From: Octopus vulgaris
Taxonomy: Eukaryota
Length of the DNA stretch: 64,000 bases
Assembly: GCA_951406725.2 (NCBI GenBank)
Contig: OX597818.1
Location: 123,752,001-123,816,000, forward strand
Direction of reading: 5' to 3'
Part shown: piece by piece, positions 58,828 through 64,000 of the stretch
How positions within the stretch are numbered: position 1 is the first letter of the stretch
How the letters are laid out: each line of letters starts with the position of its first letter
Translations under genes and position numbers: made by a program
Notes under the pieces: generated by a model
Seen by the model: the letters and a program-made list of their open reading frames with translations, nothing else
Told to the model about the DNA's origin: nothing
Databases searched by the model: none

Positions 58828-59263
58828 ACACAGTGTAATTGTACTGAGGTAGGATAAAGAAAAATTGTTTTGTTTTTTCTTTCTCTTTGTAATAAGCTAT
58901 AAATAACGATTGCAATTAAAATATAAGGTTGAGAGGTGGGGAATTTACCAGGAATATGGTACACAGGTGAAACCAAAAACATTGTTTCTTACCTTTTATC
59001 TTTTATCTTTTATTCGTTTCAGTCATTGGAGTAAGGTCATGCTGGAGCATCGCTTTGAAGGGTTTGGGCCAACAAATCGATCCCAGGGCTTTTTCGATTT
59101 TTTTTTCTGACTGGTGCTTATTCCCTTTAGCCGAACTGCAAAGTTATGGAGACGTAAAGAAACCAACACCGGTTGTCAAGCAGTGGTGGTGGACAAAGGC
59201 ACCACAAACACAAAGAAACATACACGCACACATTTACATATGTACATATCTATCTATCTCTCT

Positions 59264-59317
<54 letters not shown>

Positions 59318-59382
59318 TGATAAAAACGATAAGATAACAAAAGAAAGAAAGAGACCTCAATATTATGTAAATAGAGGAAATT

Positions 59383-59575
59383 TATCTGTAAAATAATATG
59401 TGACAATTATTCAATAGCCAGAATAAAACTCTGAGTTTCGGATGCCGAGATGGAAATCCACAACACCATCTCTTCGATAACGGAAGAGATGGTGTTGTGG
59501 ATTTCCATCTCGGCATCCGAAACTCAGAGTTTTATCTTGGCTATTGAATAATTGTCACATACTATTTTACAGATA
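59383..59575. repeat. Near-perfect palindrome containing an HHR (59476-59536, + strand)
   Basis: GATAA-CGGAAGA-GATG...CATCC-GAAA-CTCAGAG-TT-TTATC; the inverted arm stops at the core. Confidence 0.85.
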
Positions 59576-59749
59576 TATATATATATATATATATTCTCTA
59601 ATTATTTTAGTGTCTTCGCTTGTAGGACTGCAGCTATTTCGGAATACCTTCTTAATTGATTTTCTTTCAGTTTTCTTGTTTTATGACTGAAAGTTGGTCT
59701 ACGATCGATTGAGTTTCTAGTAGTCTTTCGTGTTTTGACAAGGCGGGTT

Positions 59750-59880
59750 TTTGTACATTTTAACACCATGGCTGGGAAACAATCTGGTCCAGATGCTGAG
59801 TTTGGATTTATGTCATTCATAGCTGCAAATATATTGTCTTCCAGAATACCATTAATTTCTAAACGTGTCTCTGCAGCTGA
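59750..59880 (-). mobile_element. LINE RT N-terminal fragment
   Basis: AAMNDINPNSASGPDCFPAMVLK (GPD motif). Confidence 0.55.
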
Positions 59881-60708
59881 ATTATAAGGATCATGTGACA
59901 GGCTTCTTTCAGTTTCCGCTTACCAAATTTACTCACAAGGCTTTGGTCGGCCCGGGGCTAAAATACAAGATACTTACCCAAGGTTTCATGCAATAGAGCT
60001 GAACACAGGATCACATGGTTAGGAATGAAGCTTCTTATGCACACGACCACGCCTGCAGCTGTTCTTATGTAGCAAAACAACAATGGACAAACGAATTTCG
60101 TCTTACAGTTGACTCTAAAGAGAAACGATACATTCGTATCACATAGCCTACCACCAACCAACCAACAGTGAAGTAGATTTCTTCAACTATACATATATCC
60201 ACAGCTAGACATTTCTAGGTTAATAACCCTTCCCTAATAAATCCTCTACCACAACCGGCTCACTTTTCTTATCATATCCTGACGCTCACTAAACCACAAA
60301 TATGTGAAAGTATAGTCTTTTCTCTGTAAATAGCCGCAATCATGGTTACTGTTGCTGCTGTTACTTTTGCTGCTGCTGCTGCTGCTGCTGTTGTAGTAAT
60401 TTAATACCATGTCAGCCTTGCCTGAGCAGGACTATGATCAAAAGTAATCTAACCTAGACTACGTTCTTCTCTCTGGTATTGCATGTCTAGGATTACACAA
60501 GAATATAGGATTTAAATTAAAGGAAACTTGGTTGTCTAACAGGATAAGTGACCATGCACAAGCTCCCTCAGTAGTTTGTGAGTCAGCTAGATTCAGTTCG
60601 TTTCTCAATCAATGCTTTGTGAATGAATTTGGTCGACAGACACTGTGTGGAAACCTGTCGTATATTTATTGTGTACACATGTATTATATCTATATACATA
60701 TCTATACG

Positions 60709-60766
<58 letters not shown>

Positions 60767-60775
60767 TATATCGTC

Positions 60776-60998
60776 GTGGTACTCCATCGGTTACGACGAC
60801 GTGGGGTCCCAGTTGATCCGATCAACGGAACATCCTGCTCGTGAAATTAACGTGCAAGTGGCTGAGCACTCCACAGACACGTGTACCCTTAACGTAGTTC
60901 TCGGGGAGAGTCAGCGTAACACAGAGTGTGACAAGGCTGGCCCTTTGAAATACAGGTACAACAGAAACAGGAAGAAAGAGTGAAAGTTGTGGTGAAAG
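60776..60998 (-). mobile_element. SINE family B tail-1 fragment nested between SINE C halves (about 60600-61360)
   Basis: Matches tail-1. Confidence 0.75.
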
Positions 60999-61000
60999 TG

Positions 61001-61053
<53 letters not shown>

Positions 61054-62463
61054 GTTTAAATATTTGTTGTGCAATATTTGTTGGCTAAACTGGCAATATG
61101 ACCATTCCGAAATATAACAATATATATATATACACACACAGATATATGCGTGTGCGTGTGAGTGTGTTTGCTCCATCCAATATTGCGTGACAATCGGTGC
61201 TGGTTTGTTTACGTCACCGTAACCTGGCAGTTTAGCAAAAAAAGACAAACAGAACAAGAACCGGGCTTAAAATCAAAGTACTAAGGTCGATTTGTTCGAC
61301 TAAAATCAAGGTGTTGCCCCAGCATGGTCACAGTCCGAAGAATGAAACCAGTGAAAACAATCAAAAAAAGAAAAAAAAAAAAGGTCAGGTTTGAATTGAA
61401 ACCGCAGCGGCGGTTTCACCTCGCGAGGATATCGCCACTCGCGACAGGTTACCCGCTACAGAAACCGCCCAAGTCCGCCGTTGAGTTAATATATATCAAA
61501 CAAATAGACTGAATACAAACTGTTTACTTTAAAGTATATTACTTCAGTCATTAAATAACAGTTTGTTTATAGAATTCCTTCGAGAATACGTCGACTTTAC
61601 TTGCTCGTTTATAGAATAAGTTTTGTAAAGGCCAATTTAAATATACTAACCTATCAACACACTGGTACGTATAAAAATAATTTGATCGTTTCAATGCTTA
61701 TATATTTCCCCACTCACAACATTTGCTTTTATATTTCAATATTTATTGCAATCATAAAATTATTTATATTTATAAATATGTTTATTTTTATCTTTATATT
61801 TTATATTTTTCTGATTACTTCCAACACTTTCTTGTGAATTTCTCAGGAAAAATATATATTAACTTAATTTTACATCCCGCATAAAAATCTACGATTCAAT
61901 TCCATTGGTTCTGTAATTAACTTGCTGTTTGACTAAGGCAGATTTTTCACTCAACAACAACACCACCAACAAAAACATTATTTATTGTCATCATCATCAT
62001 CATCGACACCATTGTCCTCATCATTGTCGTCGTCGTTGTTGTTGTCATCGTCATCATCATCATCATCATCATCATCAACAATATTATATTGTGGTTTTTA
62101 AGCTTCGTTTTGCTTTTGAATAACAAAAGGGAAAATAAAATAACTATTACTCAATGCGAATTCATTTCTCGATTGCAAGTTTGAACTGCTGAATACAAAC
62201 AAACAAAAAAAAAACAGAAATCATAAAGAAAACCTGTTAAATTGAGGTGAGTGGAGAACAAAGGAGTAAATAGGGAAGGCTTTTTTAGGTGACATTTGTG
62301 AGAATTATAATTGTTAATAAAGGGAGTAGTTTGAGAAATTGCTGACAGGCGTGCTGTTAAATATGTCACAATAGAAATTAATTGAAAAATCTTTATTGTG
62401 CACTATCCATAAATGCACAGACACCCACTTCTAGTCACACACACGCATACATACATGCATATA

Positions 62464-62585
<122 letters not shown>

Positions 62586-62701
62586 TGTATGTATGTATGT
62601 ATGTATATGTATATTTATAAATGCATATGTATACGTATATATGTACATACATGTGAGTGTGTGCCTGCATAAATGTGTATATGTGCATATATATATAATA
62701 C

Positions 62702-62775
<74 letters not shown>

Positions 62776-64000
62776 AAGAAAGAAAGAGAGAGACAGAGAG
62801 GGAGAGAGAGACAGGCAGACAGACAGAGGATTAGAGGTTTTCATAAGTTTCAAACTAAGTAGAGTATTCATATCCGAAGATGGGGGAGGGGAAATAGGTG
62901 CGTGAGTGTGTGAGTGTAAGTGCATTGTGATAAAATGGACACAAGGTGTAAATCAAGGATTTTTCCTCTGCAGCCACAAAATGAGGTTTATCAGACTTGT
63001 TTCAGCACTTATTAACACCTCATCAGAAATCAGCTATTCAATCCGCTTTGCAAAGGTTGTATGCGTGCATATCATTTGTATACGTGCATATAATATTATA
63101 CATCAACGTAGTTCTTTCCGAATGTGCGGATTCGTAATGAACAGGCAGTCAGAGAAAATTACAGGCAGTCAGAGAAAATTCACTCGATTTATTTGAACTA
63201 CATAAAAATGTGGGTGTTGGCAACTTGATTTAATACCCTTGTGAGAGTGTGTTTCTGGTGAACAGAAGTTTAACCACGCAGTATAAAAAAAAGAATATAT
63301 TTCATATCTATATATATATATAACATAAAGAAAGAGAGTTCGCTTCAACCACTCGCGTGAGTAAAATCTTGAACAAAGCTGCATAGGAATGTCTGCCTTG
63401 GATGAATATGTGCTGCAAATGAATCAGCTAAATGCACATAAATGCCATATCAAATGATACTAGAGCACTTATGCAGCAGAAACACGTGTAATCATTGGAA
63501 TTTAATGCGAATAATACCGTAATAAATAAATTTTGAAGGCGTATATTATTCATTCTTCTTTACAATGCCTTGGCTATGTATGTATGTATGTGAGTGAATG
63601 TATGTATATGAATGTGTGTGTGTGTACGTTTATGTAGGTATATAATATATGTATGAGTTTAGCACATCTTTAATGACCAGTTATAATTGCTTCTGTATCA
63701 CTCTGTTTTAACGCCATTGCCTGCAAAAGTTCACTGTTAAAAGTTACGTAATGTTTGCGGTTTTAAGCTCTAACGTGGCATTTCATCAGACTTACTTCAA
63801 AATGTGCTCTTTTAGATTGTGTATCTGCCAAATGCTATATTTTGTTAATATCGTGAGAACACAAGAAGTATAAATATAGATAAAACTAAAATTGTGAAAC
63901 GGGGAATAGGCCATAAACAATAGCAATACTAAAACAGATAATATTAAGGCGTTGTGCAAACCGCGCTCAACTTAAAACACTGTCAGCGATGGTCATGCTC

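Larger units (their letters stand above)
58995..60055 (-). mobile_element. SINE family C halves separated by nested insertions
   Basis: 3' half 58995-59230; 5' half about 59897-60055. Confidence 0.6.

Overview
AT-rich, microsatellite-saturated eukaryotic non-coding DNA; the repeat landscape suggests an octopus/cephalopod genome (inference). No intact host gene is supportable, and nearly all listed ORFs are microsatellite or SINE artefacts. The window holds three tRNA-derived SINE families (called A, B and C here), decayed DNA transposons (Tc1/maT-like, mariner, Tigger/pogo, Merlin), non-autonomous Helitrons and LINE fragments (Tx1/L1, RTE, R4/Dong). It also has three Penelope-like (PLE) coding remnants. 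The main signal is about 17 minimal type-I hammerhead ribozyme (HHR) motifs, intact or degenerate, in short non-coding elements inserted in (TA)n/(GATA)n tracts. Several are arranged as tandem units, partial tandems or inverted foldbacks. This points to a dense population of PLE-derived, retrozyme-like, microsatellite-associated elements. All alignments and structures were read by eye and coordinates may be off by a few bases.
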